From UHGV virus genome UHGV-0260253: 35,763 nucleotides of DNA, one strand, 5' to 3'. The translations under genes and the position numbers were made by a program. This document shows positions 10,895 through 20,073 of this stretch, in pieces. Every line of letters begins with the position of its first letter. The first letter of the stretch is position 1. The notes under the pieces were generated by a model, which made no database searches, was not told where the DNA came from, and saw nothing but the letters and a program-made list of their open reading frames with translations. The DNA is from a virus.

Positions 10895-11279
10895 TGCTGC
10901 CTCCGTGACTCTGCCTACATTCGCCCAGTTCCGTACACTCCAGCAGCAGAAAGCGCCGCGCCCCGTTCAGATCGCGCTGACGTTTCACCCGGTACACACT
11001 GTCACCGCAGACCACCTCATAATCAGCGGTGATCCCCCGGCGGTAGCGAATGGTGATGTAATGGGTGATGGCGTCCCCGGTCTGCGCGGTTTCCTGCCAG
11101 GTGGTGGCACTGGTCTGGATAACCTTCGCCCATGTCCGGAACGTAACCGGGTATTGAGACTCCACGCCAAAGTTATCCGCGGGCATATCCACCCGCTGGC
11201 GGATCAGGACGCGTTTATTCAGTTCACCGGGGTCCGGCAGAATGTAGGTTGCGCTGGTCTGCGCCTGACGAATTTTCAT
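10869..11279 (-). CDS. Head-tail adaptor / head closure protein
   Basis: 136-aa ORF following connector gene. Confidence 0.5.
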   Translation of the reverse strand: MKIRQAQTSATYILPDPGELNKRVLIRQRVDMPADNFGVESQYPVTFRTWAKVIQTSATTWQETAQTGDAITHYITIRYRRGITADYEVVCGDSVYRVKRQRDLNGARRFLLLECTELGECRQSHGGSNGDSLFSR

Positions 11280-11599
11280 TGCGGAAAGTACCTGTACGGG
11301 CCGACAAGCCAGCCAAAACTCTGCGGCATGTCGAGTTTCTCCACTTCCGTAACCGACGAGCGGTTTTCGTAAAAATGGCTGATAAGCATCAGCATCCCCA
11401 GACGAATATCATCCGACAGGTGCAGCCCGTCCGGATCGCTGTCCGGAATGGTTTCATCCGGTGCATAGAGCTTCCGGTTCAGATACGTTTCCGTCCGCTT
11501 TTGCGCCGCACAGGCCAGCAGTTGCAGATGGCGGTCATCAGCATCGAAATCCTCATCCAGCCGGAGTTGGGCTTTAATCTCTTCCATTGTCAGAAGCAT
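11276..11599 (-). CDS. Head-tail connector protein (gp6-like)
   Basis: 107-aa ORF, N-terminus MLLTMEEIKAQLRLDEDFDADD typical of gp6-like connector family. Confidence 0.6.
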   Translation of the reverse strand: MLLTMEEIKAQLRLDEDFDADDRHLQLLACAAQKRTETYLNRKLYAPDETIPDSDPDGLHLSDDIRLGMLMLISHFYENRSSVTEVEKLDMPQSFGWLVGPYRYFPQ

Positions 11600-11601
11600 A
11601 C

Positions 11602-11802
11602 TCAGCCCTCTTTACTGGTCGTGGCTTTTTTCTCTTTTGCTGCTTTACTGCTTTTTGTACTGGTTCCGCGCTCTGCTAACCCGGCCTGAAGTGCAATCTC
11701 CTGCACCCGGGCAGGAAGCGTCCCGTCGTCATACTCACCGGCCCGAATGACCTCAACACGCATACCGTCCGGTGACCATTTCAGATCTTGTTTCAGGATC
11801 AT
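11602..11802 (-). CDS. Small hypothetical protein after capsid gene
   Basis: 66-aa ORF with Lys-rich C-terminus, 3 nt from connector start. Confidence 0.4.
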   Translation of the reverse strand: MILKQDLKWSPDGMRVEVIRAGEYDDGTLPARVQEIALQAGLAERGTSTKSSKAAKEKKATTSKEG

Positions 11803-11851
11803 GATTCTTCACCCGTCAGAACAGGGGGCGCGGTTCCGCGCCCCTGAATGA

Positions 11852-13057
11852 TTACGCCGCTGCAATCTTCAGCAGTTTGATGGCCTGCGAATCGACCAGC
11901 ATCCCGCCGGTGCGCTTGGTGGTATAAAAACCGACAAACGGTTTATTGGTGTACGGGTCACGCAGAATGCGGGTGCCGATACGGTCAACGATGGTGTAAC
12001 CCCGTTTGAAGTTACCAAATGCAATGGCTTTCGCATCAGCGGCGATATCCGGCATCTGTTCGTTTTCAGCGATACCGTAACCCGCCAGAGAGGACGGCTG
12101 CCCCAGTTCCAGCCCCGGACGCCACAGATAGTTACCCTCGCTGTCTTTAAGCAGACGGATGGCAAACAGGCTGTTGTTGTTCATCATGAACTTCGCGCCA
12201 GTGCGGTGTGCCTTACGCAGCGTGTAAATCAGTTTGATAATGGCGTCTGCGGTCACCGCCGTCGCTTCGCCGGATACAATATGCTGAAGTTTGCCGAACG
12301 CCCGGACCTTATCGGTTTCATCAGTGGATTCATACGCCAGGAACCCTTTCGGCTTCTTGGTACCATCGCCGGTGGTAAAGGCAATTTCTTCCTGTTCGGC
12401 AAATTCGGTTGCCAGCTCGCTGTTGATCCATGCTTCCACGTTGAAAAAGGCATCATCCAGCATTTTCTGGGTGGCCTGCGGGTTACCGTAGATTTCCCCC
12501 ATGAAAGGTTCAATCAGTCCCAGTTTTGAGGTGGCGGTCTGGGAGCGCGCGTCAGTCTCGCCAACCCATCCGGAAGCCGTGCCGCCCAGATTCACCAGTT
12601 TTTTGTAGTCGGAACCGCCAACAGTGATTACCGTGGCTTCCTGGCGCATCACCACTTCATCTTTCAGCAGGGTGAGAATGTTGCGATCCAGTGCTTCCGG
12701 CACGGCATAGCCACCGTCTTCATCGGTGCCCACCTGCAATGCCTTGCGCTCCAGATCGCGCAGACCGTCTTCACGGCCTTTACGCAGGAAGCCCACAAAC
12801 GCCTCTTTGTGCTCTGTGGCCAGTTTATTTTGCGCACCACCTGCCGGACGTTTCAGCTCAAGCAGCTCTTTTTCAAGGTCGCTTTTGAGATTTTCCAGCT
12901 CGCTGAGTTTCCCGTTCAGGGTTTCCACCTGTCCGGCAAGTTTGCCTTTTTCCTGCTCAATCGCATCCACGCGCTTGTCGTTCTTTGCCTTGAAGTCGTC
13001 AAACTTCTGCTGCAGCTCCTGCGCGACCTGTTCGACATCTTTAATATCAACCGCCAT
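11852..13057 (-). CDS. Major capsid protein, HK97 family
   Basis: 401-aa ORF; N-terminal coiled delta-domain-like region (LNGKLSELENLKSDLEKELLELK) followed by capsid body. Confidence 0.9.
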   Translation of the reverse strand: MAVDIKDVEQVAQELQQKFDDFKAKNDKRVDAIEQEKGKLAGQVETLNGKLSELENLKSDLEKELLELKRPAGGAQNKLATEHKEAFVGFLRKGREDGLRDLERKALQVGTDEDGGYAVPEALDRNILTLLKDEVVMRQEATVITVGGSDYKKLVNLGGTASGWVGETDARSQTATSKLGLIEPFMGEIYGNPQATQKMLDDAFFNVEAWINSELATEFAEQEEIAFTTGDGTKKPKGFLAYESTDETDKVRAFGKLQHIVSGEATAVTADAIIKLIYTLRKAHRTGAKFMMNNNSLFAIRLLKDSEGNYLWRPGLELGQPSSLAGYGIAENEQMPDIAADAKAIAFGNFKRGYTIVDRIGTRILRDPYTNKPFVGFYTTKRTGGMLVDSQAIKLLKIAAA

Positions 13058-13071
13058 CGTATTTCTCCTGA

Positions 13072-13722
13072 TTAGAAGTTCAGATTTTTCAGTGCATTCA
13101 GTGCAGAGCCCACATCCTCAGCGTCGCGCAGGGACAGTGCGCCATAGCCCCCGGCCATGAATGCTTTGGCCTGGGTACGGGAGAGTCCGACATCACGCAG
13201 GACTCTTTCAATTTTTTTCTGTTCGGGGATTTCCCCGCGGGCCAGTGCGTTCTTGACGTCGCTGATCCGCGCCTCGTCGTTAGACGGGAACGTCACCAGG
13301 CTGACTTCCCAGAGGTCGATTTCTTTCAGCAGAAAGGCTTCTTTGCTCCGGTCGTATTCCCAGTCTTTCAGGACGTACCCAATAGAAAGGCCGGTTAACG
13401 AACCGGCCTTCATGTGTGCATGTGCGCGTTTTGCGAGGGGATCATCATCAATAAGCAACCGTCCCCTGACGTAAAGCCCGATATCGTCTTCCTTCATTTC
13501 GGTGTAAACACCGATGGGTTCATCCATGCGGTGCTGCCAGAGCAGCGCAGGTAACGCTTTTCTGTCACTCCACACCCGCAGGGAAGCAGCAAATGCCCCG
13601 GACATCACCACATCATCGTGGCTGTCCTTTACACCAAAGACGGAGCCATACCCTTCAAACTCACCGGAGTCACTGACAGATTTCAGACTCAGCGGTACAT
13701 CAAGACGTTGTTTCGTCTGCAT
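13072..13722 (-). CDS. Prohead protease, HK97 family
   Basis: ORF 13072..13758; preferred start is ATG at 13720-13722 with AAGGA upstream. Position between portal and capsid. Confidence 0.8.
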   Translation of the reverse strand: MQTKQRLDVPLSLKSVSDSGEFEGYGSVFGVKDSHDDVVMSGAFAASLRVWSDRKALPALLWQHRMDEPIGVYTEMKEDDIGLYVRGRLLIDDDPLAKRAHAHMKAGSLTGLSIGYVLKDWEYDRSKEAFLLKEIDLWEVSLVTFPSNDEARISDVKNALARGEIPEQKKIERVLRDVGLSRTQAKAFMAGGYGALSLRDAEDVGSALNALKNLNF

Positions 13723-14899
13723 TGGCGTTATCCTTCTGCTTACCGGCTTTACTGCCATCGGAGGGTTTCGTGGTCATGTTCATCGGTGTGAGATAGACAT
13801 CACCACCGGGACGCGGATTCATATCTTCCAGGTCGCGGCAGTCATTGGGAGAGTAAATTCCCCAGTTGATCCCGGTGGCGTAGGCTTCAAAACGGGACTT
13901 CATATCCCCGCGCAGTAAGGCCCCGGCGTTAAATTTGGCGTAATAAACGCCCTGCTTACTTTTTCGTACCAGTCCGGTGTTGATCCGCTGCTCAATGCGG
14001 GTCAGATACGGCACCAGTGAATAGTTGATAAATCCCAGCCCCAGCTCTTCGATATTGTTGAAGGTGGCGCGATCGGTGTTCTGCACCATGTGCAACGGCA
14101 CCCGGAACAGACGACAGATTTCTTCAAGCTGAAACTTGCGGGTTTCCAGGAACTGGCTGTCCTCGGCGTTCAGCGCCATCGACTTCCAGTCCAGCCCCAT
14201 CTCAAGGATCATCGGGCGGTGAGCATTGCCAAGCCCGGTGTGACGCTCCTCAAAATCTTTCTTCAGGCGCTCATAAGCCTGATCTGACAGCGTCTGCTCT
14301 GTACGCAACACACCCGACGTCACCGCGCCATTGCTGAACAGTCTGGCCCCGTGCTCTTCGGTCGCAGCTGCCAGCGATATTGCCTCGCGGGCATAGGCGA
14401 TGGGATTCAGCCCCACCAGTCCGTCCAGCGTCAGCGTGCGCACATGCCAGATATCCTCCTGGCTCAGTACATCCGTGGAGCCATCCGGGAATGTGACCTG
14501 ATAGATCGGCTCCCAGCTACTGTTAAGCTTCGGTACCACACAGCCGGGATCGACGGGCAGCAGTTCAGCCACTTCGCCAAATGCTTTCACTTTGTAGGCG
14601 TAAAAGTTTCCCCGCAGGCACAGACAGGTGACCACCAGCTCCCAGAACTCCTGCGGCGTCATATAGCCATTGGGATGCGTGGAGATCAGCTTATGCAGAC
14701 GTTCGCCAGTGGCTCTCTGCTTCAGGCTGCCGTTCAGGTGATACAGGTTGCAGGGCAACATCCCGACCGACTCCGCCAGCACCCTGACACAGGAAAAAAC
14801 CGCCGTCAGTCGCATGGCCCGCTGGCTGCTGATCTGCTTTCCGGTATAGGTGTCGTAGGACAACCCGATAGCATCCGCCAGCTCTGCTGGCGTGGTCAT
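13700..14899 (-). CDS. Portal protein, HK97 family
   Basis: ORF 13700..14941 opens with GTG; first ATG at 14897-14899 (MTTPAELADAIG...). Start uncertain by 14 codons. Confidence 0.8.
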   Translation of the reverse strand: MTTPAELADAIGLSYDTYTGKQISSQRAMRLTAVFSCVRVLAESVGMLPCNLYHLNGSLKQRATGERLHKLISTHPNGYMTPQEFWELVVTCLCLRGNFYAYKVKAFGEVAELLPVDPGCVVPKLNSSWEPIYQVTFPDGSTDVLSQEDIWHVRTLTLDGLVGLNPIAYAREAISLAAATEEHGARLFSNGAVTSGVLRTEQTLSDQAYERLKKDFEERHTGLGNAHRPMILEMGLDWKSMALNAEDSQFLETRKFQLEEICRLFRVPLHMVQNTDRATFNNIEELGLGFINYSLVPYLTRIEQRINTGLVRKSKQGVYYAKFNAGALLRGDMKSRFEAYATGINWGIYSPNDCRDLEDMNPRPGGDVYLTPMNMTTKPSDGSKAGKQKDNANADETTS

Positions 14900-14940
14900 C
14901 GGTGCGTCACTTTTTCGTTGAAATAATCCCGAAAAAAACA

Positions 14941-15123
14941 CTATTTACCTCCGCCGACAGACGACTGTGTACGCTCAAGATATCGCGCCACCAGCCACGA
15001 CCAGAACAGGCACAACGCCCCGGCAACAACAAACCCCGCCGGGGGATAAATCAGCCAGGCACCATACGCCAGCAAAAGCGCCCCCAGCACGCCCACCAGA
15101 GGCGCGAGAATCAGCATGATCAT
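14941..15123 (-). CDS. Small hydrophobic protein between terminase and portal
   Basis: 60-aa ORF, predicted two transmembrane helices ([46 protein letters not shown]). Confidence 0.35.
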   Translation of the reverse strand: MIMLILAPLVGVLGALLLAYGAWLIYPPAGFVVAGALCLFWSWLVARYLERTQSSVGGGK

Positions 15124-15134
15124 AATTACCTCAG

Positions 15135-16868
15135 TTAAAGCGAGCGGATCCCATAGGACTCAATGTGGTCAGACAACGTGTCTTCTTTCTCGTACAGCAT
15201 GGCTCTGCCAACCGCCATAATCAGCGCAACTGCACCATCGATTTTGTTTTCCGCCTGCTCTTTGACGGGCTTCACCACATCATCGTTACCCGGAATGGTT
15301 TTGCCGACCACGTTGCCGATACACCAGGTCATGATGGGATTGCCATCATGATGAAAGCGCCCCGATTCAATTGCCGCTTCCAGCTCTTTCATCGGGTCGG
15401 ACATGTTGGTGTAGTTCTGAATGATAGTGATGGGGTTCAGGTCTTCATCAGCAAGGTCATGTGACAACCCGGTCGCCCCGAAGGGGTCGATGGGTGACTC
15501 ACTGACCGGGCTGATTTTGTTCGCCGCTTTGGCCTCCTCGAGGATGTAGCGATAATCCACCTCCGCACCATCGGTAACGGTCAGAACGCCCATTTCCACC
15601 CATTTCTGAAAGCGTTCGGCTGTCCGGCGATCTTCATTTTTCTCGACGCTGTACACCGTGTCATACGGTACCCAGAAACGCGGGGCCACACTGTAGTAAT
15701 GCGTTTTACCGTCAATCTCGCGGGTATAAAGTCGCGCCATGCTGTTCATATCCAGCTTACGCGCCAGGTCAAAGGCCAGAATGCACGGCTGCCCCTCGAA
15801 CTGCTCAAGGGTCAGTGATTTATCCTCGCAGCTCTGCCAGCTCACCAGGTTGAAATACGCCGAACGCGCCGACACCCAGATATTGAGGTGCTTTGTTTTA
15901 AAGACGTTTGCCAGACGGGCGTTATTTTTCGCACGCTGCTGCTGACTTAACAAAAATTCGCGATAAACCGACACGCCAATATTCGGGTTAGCTTTTTCCA
16001 GCACCTGCGGGTCGGTCCAGTCATCGCCTTCGTCAACGGTATAGATGATCCCGAACAGTTCATCGTTGGGTACCGACCCGTTGAGCATCTCGATAACTTC
16101 CCGTCGCTTGTCGTAGCACGGCCCCTCAATGTTGTACCCGGCGGTAGTGATAGCCCACATCAGTGGCTGACGTCGCGCCCCCATCCCGGTAAGCATCGTG
16201 GTGTAAAGCGCATCTGTGGCGTGCTCGTGATATTCATCCACCACCGCACAGTGGGGTGATGAACCATCACCGGGGTTACCGATCAGCGGTTCAAAACGCG
16301 CACCATCCTCCGGACGGTTCATGTTTGAGGCGTTAACCTCAATCCCGAACGCTTCCGTCAGCATGGGTGTGCGTTTACACATCAGTCGTGCCGGACGAAA
16401 GACTTCCCATGCCTGTTTCTCCGTCGTGGCACCGGAATACACTTCCGCGCCGAACTCGTTATCACAGGCAAAACAATACAGGGCGACACCGGCAGAGATT
16501 GCCGATTTGCCGTTCTTACGGGGGATTTCGGTATACACCTCCCTGAAGCGGCGCAGCCGGGAGCCTTTATTGACCCAGCCAAACGCACAGCAGACCACAA
16601 AGAGCTGCCACGGTTCCAGCGTGATGGGCATCCTCTTGAATGCCCACTCCCCCTTGGTGTGTGGCAACAGCTGAATAAATTTCGCGGCCCGTTCAGCCAG
16701 GTCCTTGTCGAAGCGGTAACGAAACGACTTACTTTTTTCCGCCATCAGGTCATCAAGATGGCGCTGGCAGGCCTGAATCACAAACTGGCAGGCCACAATC
16801 TTTCCGCGCACGACATCACGGGCATACTGATTGGCAGCATTTACGTTGGGGTAAGATTTCCGGCTCAT
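15135..16868 (-). CDS. Terminase large subunit
   Basis: 577-aa ORF, 4-nt overlap with small subunit gene. Confidence 0.9.
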   Translation of the reverse strand: MSRKSYPNVNAANQYARDVVRGKIVACQFVIQACQRHLDDLMAEKSKSFRYRFDKDLAERAAKFIQLLPHTKGEWAFKRMPITLEPWQLFVVCCAFGWVNKGSRLRRFREVYTEIPRKNGKSAISAGVALYCFACDNEFGAEVYSGATTEKQAWEVFRPARLMCKRTPMLTEAFGIEVNASNMNRPEDGARFEPLIGNPGDGSSPHCAVVDEYHEHATDALYTTMLTGMGARRQPLMWAITTAGYNIEGPCYDKRREVIEMLNGSVPNDELFGIIYTVDEGDDWTDPQVLEKANPNIGVSVYREFLLSQQQRAKNNARLANVFKTKHLNIWVSARSAYFNLVSWQSCEDKSLTLEQFEGQPCILAFDLARKLDMNSMARLYTREIDGKTHYYSVAPRFWVPYDTVYSVEKNEDRRTAERFQKWVEMGVLTVTDGAEVDYRYILEEAKAANKISPVSESPIDPFGATGLSHDLADEDLNPITIIQNYTNMSDPMKELEAAIESGRFHHDGNPIMTWCIGNVVGKTIPGNDDVVKPVKEQAENKIDGAVALIMAVGRAMLYEKEDTLSDHIESYGIRSL

Positions 16869-17359
16869 GATTCGATGATTTTCAGAAACGGGTTAGTGGC
16901 TTTCTTCTGCCCCGCCAGGCCAATCAGACGCTGGCGGCTGCTGGGGTCGAGTCCGAGCATTGCCCCCGTGCTGCTCATCTCGGACTCCTGTTCTTTCTTG
17001 GCGGTCAGCTCCGGATTTTTGACCATGCCACCCATTGCACCGGTGATGGTGTTGCCCTGTCTGGCAATATTTTTCACGGCACGCCGCCAGAACTCGTAGG
17101 CCACGCACCACCGCTCAAGCACCGCGAGGTCAGTCACGCACAGCAGGCCCTGACCGCAGAGTTCTTTGGTTGTCAGTTGCCACATGATCGTAGCGAGAGG
17201 GAGATCTTCTTCAGCGAACCACTCCGGTGGCTCAACACCTTTGATGGGCGTAAAAACAGGTTCATCTTTATTCAGGGCTCGCTTGCCGGGGTTTCCGGCC
17301 AGCGCCTTGCGCGCCGTTGGCTTGGGGCGACGCCCGGAACGCCCCGCCGTTCCAGCCAT
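16865..17359 (-). CDS. Terminase small subunit (P27 family-like)
   Basis: ORF opens with GTG at 17368; first ATG at 17357-17359 preceded by AGGAG. N-terminus [30 protein letters not shown] is typical of P27-type small terminases. Confidence 0.75.
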   Translation of the reverse strand: MAGTAGRSGRRPKPTARKALAGNPGKRALNKDEPVFTPIKGVEPPEWFAEEDLPLATIMWQLTTKELCGQGLLCVTDLAVLERWCVAYEFWRRAVKNIARQGNTITGAMGGMVKNPELTAKKEQESEMSSTGAMLGLDPSSRQRLIGLAGQKKATNPFLKIIES

Positions 17360-17484
17360 ATGCGGCACTCCTGGTTAAATTTCATTTTTCGCGGGTATAA
17401 AAAAACGATGGGGCGGGCAGTCCGGAAGACGTCAGGTCACAGGGATTTGACCCGCCCCTCCCCTCAGACAGTTGAGAATTATTA

Positions 17485-17835
17485 TCACTTTAACCGTTCA
17501 CGGGCCGTCTTCGCCTTATGGCAGGGCCAGCACAGACTCTGCAGATTACTGTCGGCATCAGTGCCGCCATGCGCTTTAGGAACGATGTGGTCAACGGTTT
17601 TCGCCTCACGCACCACACCAGCATGCAGACATGACTGACACAGGCCTTTGTCACGCTTCAGCACACGTTCACGGATGACGTCCCATTTCGAACCATAACC
17701 GCGCTGGTGACGGGATTGTCCAGGTTTGTATTGCTTCCAGCCTTCGCCTTTGTGGCTTTCGCAGTAGCCTGACGGGTCAGTAGTGGTATGGCGGCAGCCG
17801 CGAACACGGCAGGCTTTTGGTGTGCGTGGTGGCAT
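17485..17835 (-). CDS. HNH endonuclease (packaging-associated)
   Basis: 116 aa with CxxC...HxxxxH...N...CxxCH pattern (CRVRGC...DHIVPKAHGGTDADSNLQSLCWPCH); sits just upstream of terminase genes as in HK97-like cos phages. Confidence 0.85.
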   Translation of the reverse strand: MPPRTPKACRVRGCRHTTTDPSGYCESHKGEGWKQYKPGQSRHQRGYGSKWDVIRERVLKRDKGLCQSCLHAGVVREAKTVDHIVPKAHGGTDADSNLQSLCWPCHKAKTARERLK

Positions 17836-17924
17836 TATCCGTCCTTCGGTGATGTAGCTGCTTCTGTTGGGTTCATAGTTGAAATCCTGTTACGCCATAG
17901 CAATGTATCTGCCATCGTAATGGC

Positions 17925-17951
17925 AATAAAAAAGCCCCGCGATTGCGGGGC
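17925..17951 (-). terminator. Rho-independent terminator after moron gene
   Basis: GCCCCGC-AATC-GCGGGGC hairpin followed by TTTTTTATT on the minus strand. Confidence 0.55.
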
Positions 17952-17969
17952 TGATGGTTATATAAAATA

Positions 17970-18371
17970 TTAGCCAATTAAGTCGTCAATTTTTTTCTGA
18001 ATATAACCATCCAGCAAACGCCTTGAAACGTCAACTAATGTTCCAATGCTTGCATCTTTAAAGCCGGTCTTGAGAGAATTCCAAACCTCTTTATTCCTGA
18101 GAGCTTCAAGGAAGTCATGACCGCTTGAAGTTAAGCGTAACGGTATAACGAACCATGATCCTCCATCAGCAGCCTCAGAGAAACCAAACCCATACTTGCC
18201 GTCTGTTCTAGCAATTAGTTGACGATCAGCCAATAAACGCATATGGAATAAAAATTCATCGGTGCTGTAGTCATACCCAGCCAGCTGCAGCTGCTTTATA
18301 TCAGTATGCGGCTCTTCAGACGCCTCGAAAGCGTCCAAAAGACCTTTCAAATACTCGTGATCTATTTTCAT
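17970..18371 (-). CDS. Hypothetical moron protein (133 aa)
   Basis: AT-rich ORF with AAGGGA SD 7 nt upstream; lies between lysis cassette and HNH/terminase, followed by a terminator. No family assigned with confidence. Confidence 0.5.
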   Translation of the reverse strand: MKIDHEYLKGLLDAFEASEEPHTDIKQLQLAGYDYSTDEFLFHMRLLADRQLIARTDGKYGFGFSEAADGGSWFVIPLRLTSSGHDFLEALRNKEVWNSLKTGFKDASIGTLVDVSRRLLDGYIQKKIDDLIG

Positions 18372-18445
18372 AACATTCCCTTTTATGAATGAGGGAATAA
18401 TTTAACATTAAACTAGGCACTTGATGAATACTTGGCGTAATGCCT

Positions 18446-18640
18446 CTAGTGGTCGAGTTGCAATACACCGTGCTTCAGTAACTCTAAATAAGCGATGAGC
18501 CAGGCATAAACGGGGATAAACTCACAATCATCTTCGAATTCTGGGATGATTCCGGTAGCGATGGTGTATTGAGGCTGGCTATCTTCCTTCGCGAAGGATG
18601 CAAGGTCTTCAAACTGCTTAGCTGTAAGAACCACTGTCAT
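18446..18640 (-). CDS. Hypothetical small acidic protein (64 aa)
   Basis: AT-rich ORF; SD spacing poor (GAGG 1 nt before ATG), so protein-coding status is uncertain. Confidence 0.3.
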   Translation of the reverse strand: MTVVLTAKQFEDLASFAKEDSQPQYTIATGIIPEFEDDCEFIPVYAWLIAYLELLKHGVLQLDH

Positions 18641-18652
18641 ACCTCTGTCGTT

Positions 18653-18674
18653 AAAAAACCTCGCTATTGCGAGG
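18653..18674 (-). terminator. Rho-independent terminator at end of lysis cassette
   Basis: CCTCGC-AATA-GCGAGG hairpin followed by TTTTTT on the minus strand; overlaps Rz1 stop. Confidence 0.5.
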
Positions 18675-18921
18675 TTCGCGATTGCTCAATCGTTCGGATG
18701 TCCGCTTTATCTCTGTTACACTGCCCCAGCGCCAACAACAAGCTGACATTCAAATCCAAACTGCCGCCATAGGTCAGCGGCTCAGGAATAGCTGGTTGCA
18801 GTGTTTCAGTGGTCAGATTCGCCGGTAATGGCACCGCTGGAACTGGCACGTAAACTGTCCGCGTACTTCCGCAACCGGTCAGCAGCGGCAGCAGGCACAG
18901 CACGTGAAGCACAATCATCAT
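18664..18921 (-). CDS. Rz1: Rz1-like outer-membrane spanin (lipoprotein), embedded in Rz in +1 frame
   Basis: Internal start MMIVLHVLCLLPLLTGC within ORF 18664..19173; lipobox LLTGC, Pro-rich mature region. Confidence 0.7.
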   Translation of the reverse strand: MMIVLHVLCLLPLLTGCGSTRTVYVPVPAVPLPANLTTETLQPAIPEPLTYGGSLDLNVSLLLALGQCNRDKADIRTIEQSRTSQ

Positions 18922-19198
18922 CCGCAACAGCCATTTTGATATCTTCCTGGGTTCTCTGTGACTCCAGTGTGCTCTGCTGTTTTGCATGCTGGTTAGCCTC
19001 CAGTACTGTATTGACGATTTGCAGTGATTGCAGGACGTTATTGGTAATGGCAGTTGCCGATTTGGCATTTTGTACAGCCTCATCAGCACGTTTCTTTTCG
19101 TGCTGATATTTGCTGTAGTAGTAGTTGGCTGACCAGATGAAAGAACTGACGACAGTAAAAAGGAAAGCAGCAATAACCAGCTTATAGCTTAACTTCAT
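18806..19198 (-). CDS. Rz: Rz-like inner-membrane spanin
   Basis: 130 aa, N-terminal TM helix then coiled-coil periplasmic domain; 17-nt overlap with endolysin. Confidence 0.8.
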   Translation of the reverse strand: MKLSYKLVIAAFLFTVVSSFIWSANYYYSKYQHEKKRADEAVQNAKSATAITNNVLQSLQIVNTVLEANQHAKQQSTLESQRTQEDIKMAVADDDCASRAVPAAAADRLRKYADSLRASSSGAITGESDH

Positions 19199-19658
19199 TT
19201 ACCACCCCACCAGCCTCTTTAAATCGGGCAATCAGGTCACCGATTTTATGTTCATACTGACCGTAACCTGCACCAGGTAACGACGCCCAGATATTGCTGC
19301 AACGGTCGATTGCCTGACGAATACTGCCGCGGTCAATCATCGGTAAAGCACCACGCTCTTTAATCTGCTGCAGAGCTACAGCGTCCTGGCTTTCTGGAGA
19401 AAAATCTTTCAGGCCAAGCTGTTTACGGTAAGCATCCCACCAGCGTGAAAGAAGCTGGTAACGTCCGGCGGCTGTTGATTTGAGTTTGGGGTTTAGCGTG
19501 ACAAGTTTGCGAGGGTGATCGGAGTAATCAGTGAACAGTTCGCCACCAACAATAACATCATAACCGTGGTTACGTGTCGGTTGTCGCCCGTTATCCGTTC
19601 CTTCTGACCATGCCACCATATCCAGGAAAGCTTTACGCTGGGAATTTAGTGCCTGCAT
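19182..19658 (-). CDS. Endolysin, lambda R-like lytic transglycosylase
   Basis: 158 aa; AFLDMVAWSEGTDNGRQPTRNHGYDVIVGGELFTDYSDHPRKLVTLNPKLKST... closely matches lambda R as recalled. Strong AAGGAG SD. Confidence 0.9.
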   Translation of the reverse strand: MQALNSQRKAFLDMVAWSEGTDNGRQPTRNHGYDVIVGGELFTDYSDHPRKLVTLNPKLKSTAAGRYQLLSRWWDAYRKQLGLKDFSPESQDAVALQQIKERGALPMIDRGSIRQAIDRCSNIWASLPGAGYGQYEHKIGDLIARFKEAGGVVNEVKL

Positions 19659-19661
19659 AAA

Positions 19662-19997
19662 TTACTCCTTCGAGCTACCAAATTTGTTACCGATTACTCG
19701 CATTGCAGCCCCACGAATAGCATCGACACCGATCAGCCCCACGCCACCACCAATGGCAACAGAAAGCGATTTAGGCCATCCGACATATTCAAGAGCGGAT
19801 GCAAAGGTCAGCGTCAGAGCGCCACATAGCAAAATCTCGAGCGTTTTTCGCTTCCAGCCACCACCACCGCCAAAATAGGCGATGCGCAAACCAGCCATAA
19901 CGATCGACATAATCACTGCACCCAGCGGTGTGTCTCCACGCCACCAGCTCTGAAACAACTCCAGCCAGTCCGGCCAGGTATTTGGGTTATGAGGCAT
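19662..19997 (-). CDS. Holin
   Basis: Start moved to internal ATG at 19995-19997 (GAGGTGAGAG SD); the longer ORF would overlap the MTase. Hydrophobic segments IVMAGLRIAYFGGGGG and LLCGALTLTFASAL, charged C-terminus. Confidence 0.7.
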   Translation of the reverse strand: MPHNPNTWPDWLELFQSWWRGDTPLGAVIMSIVMAGLRIAYFGGGGGWKRKTLEILLCGALTLTFASALEYVGWPKSLSVAIGGGVGLIGVDAIRGAAMRVIGNKFGSSKE

Positions 19998-20073
19998 TTC
20001 GTCATCTCTCACCTCGCGATATTTGCGGGTGCTGTGTTGGAAATAAAAAGGCCACGCAACGTGGCCACCAGAA

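Noticed and set aside
12726-13160. 144-aa Ser/Arg-rich plus-strand ORF across the capsid/protease junction
   Set aside because: Low-complexity translation antisense to the well-supported major capsid gene; typical shadow ORF.
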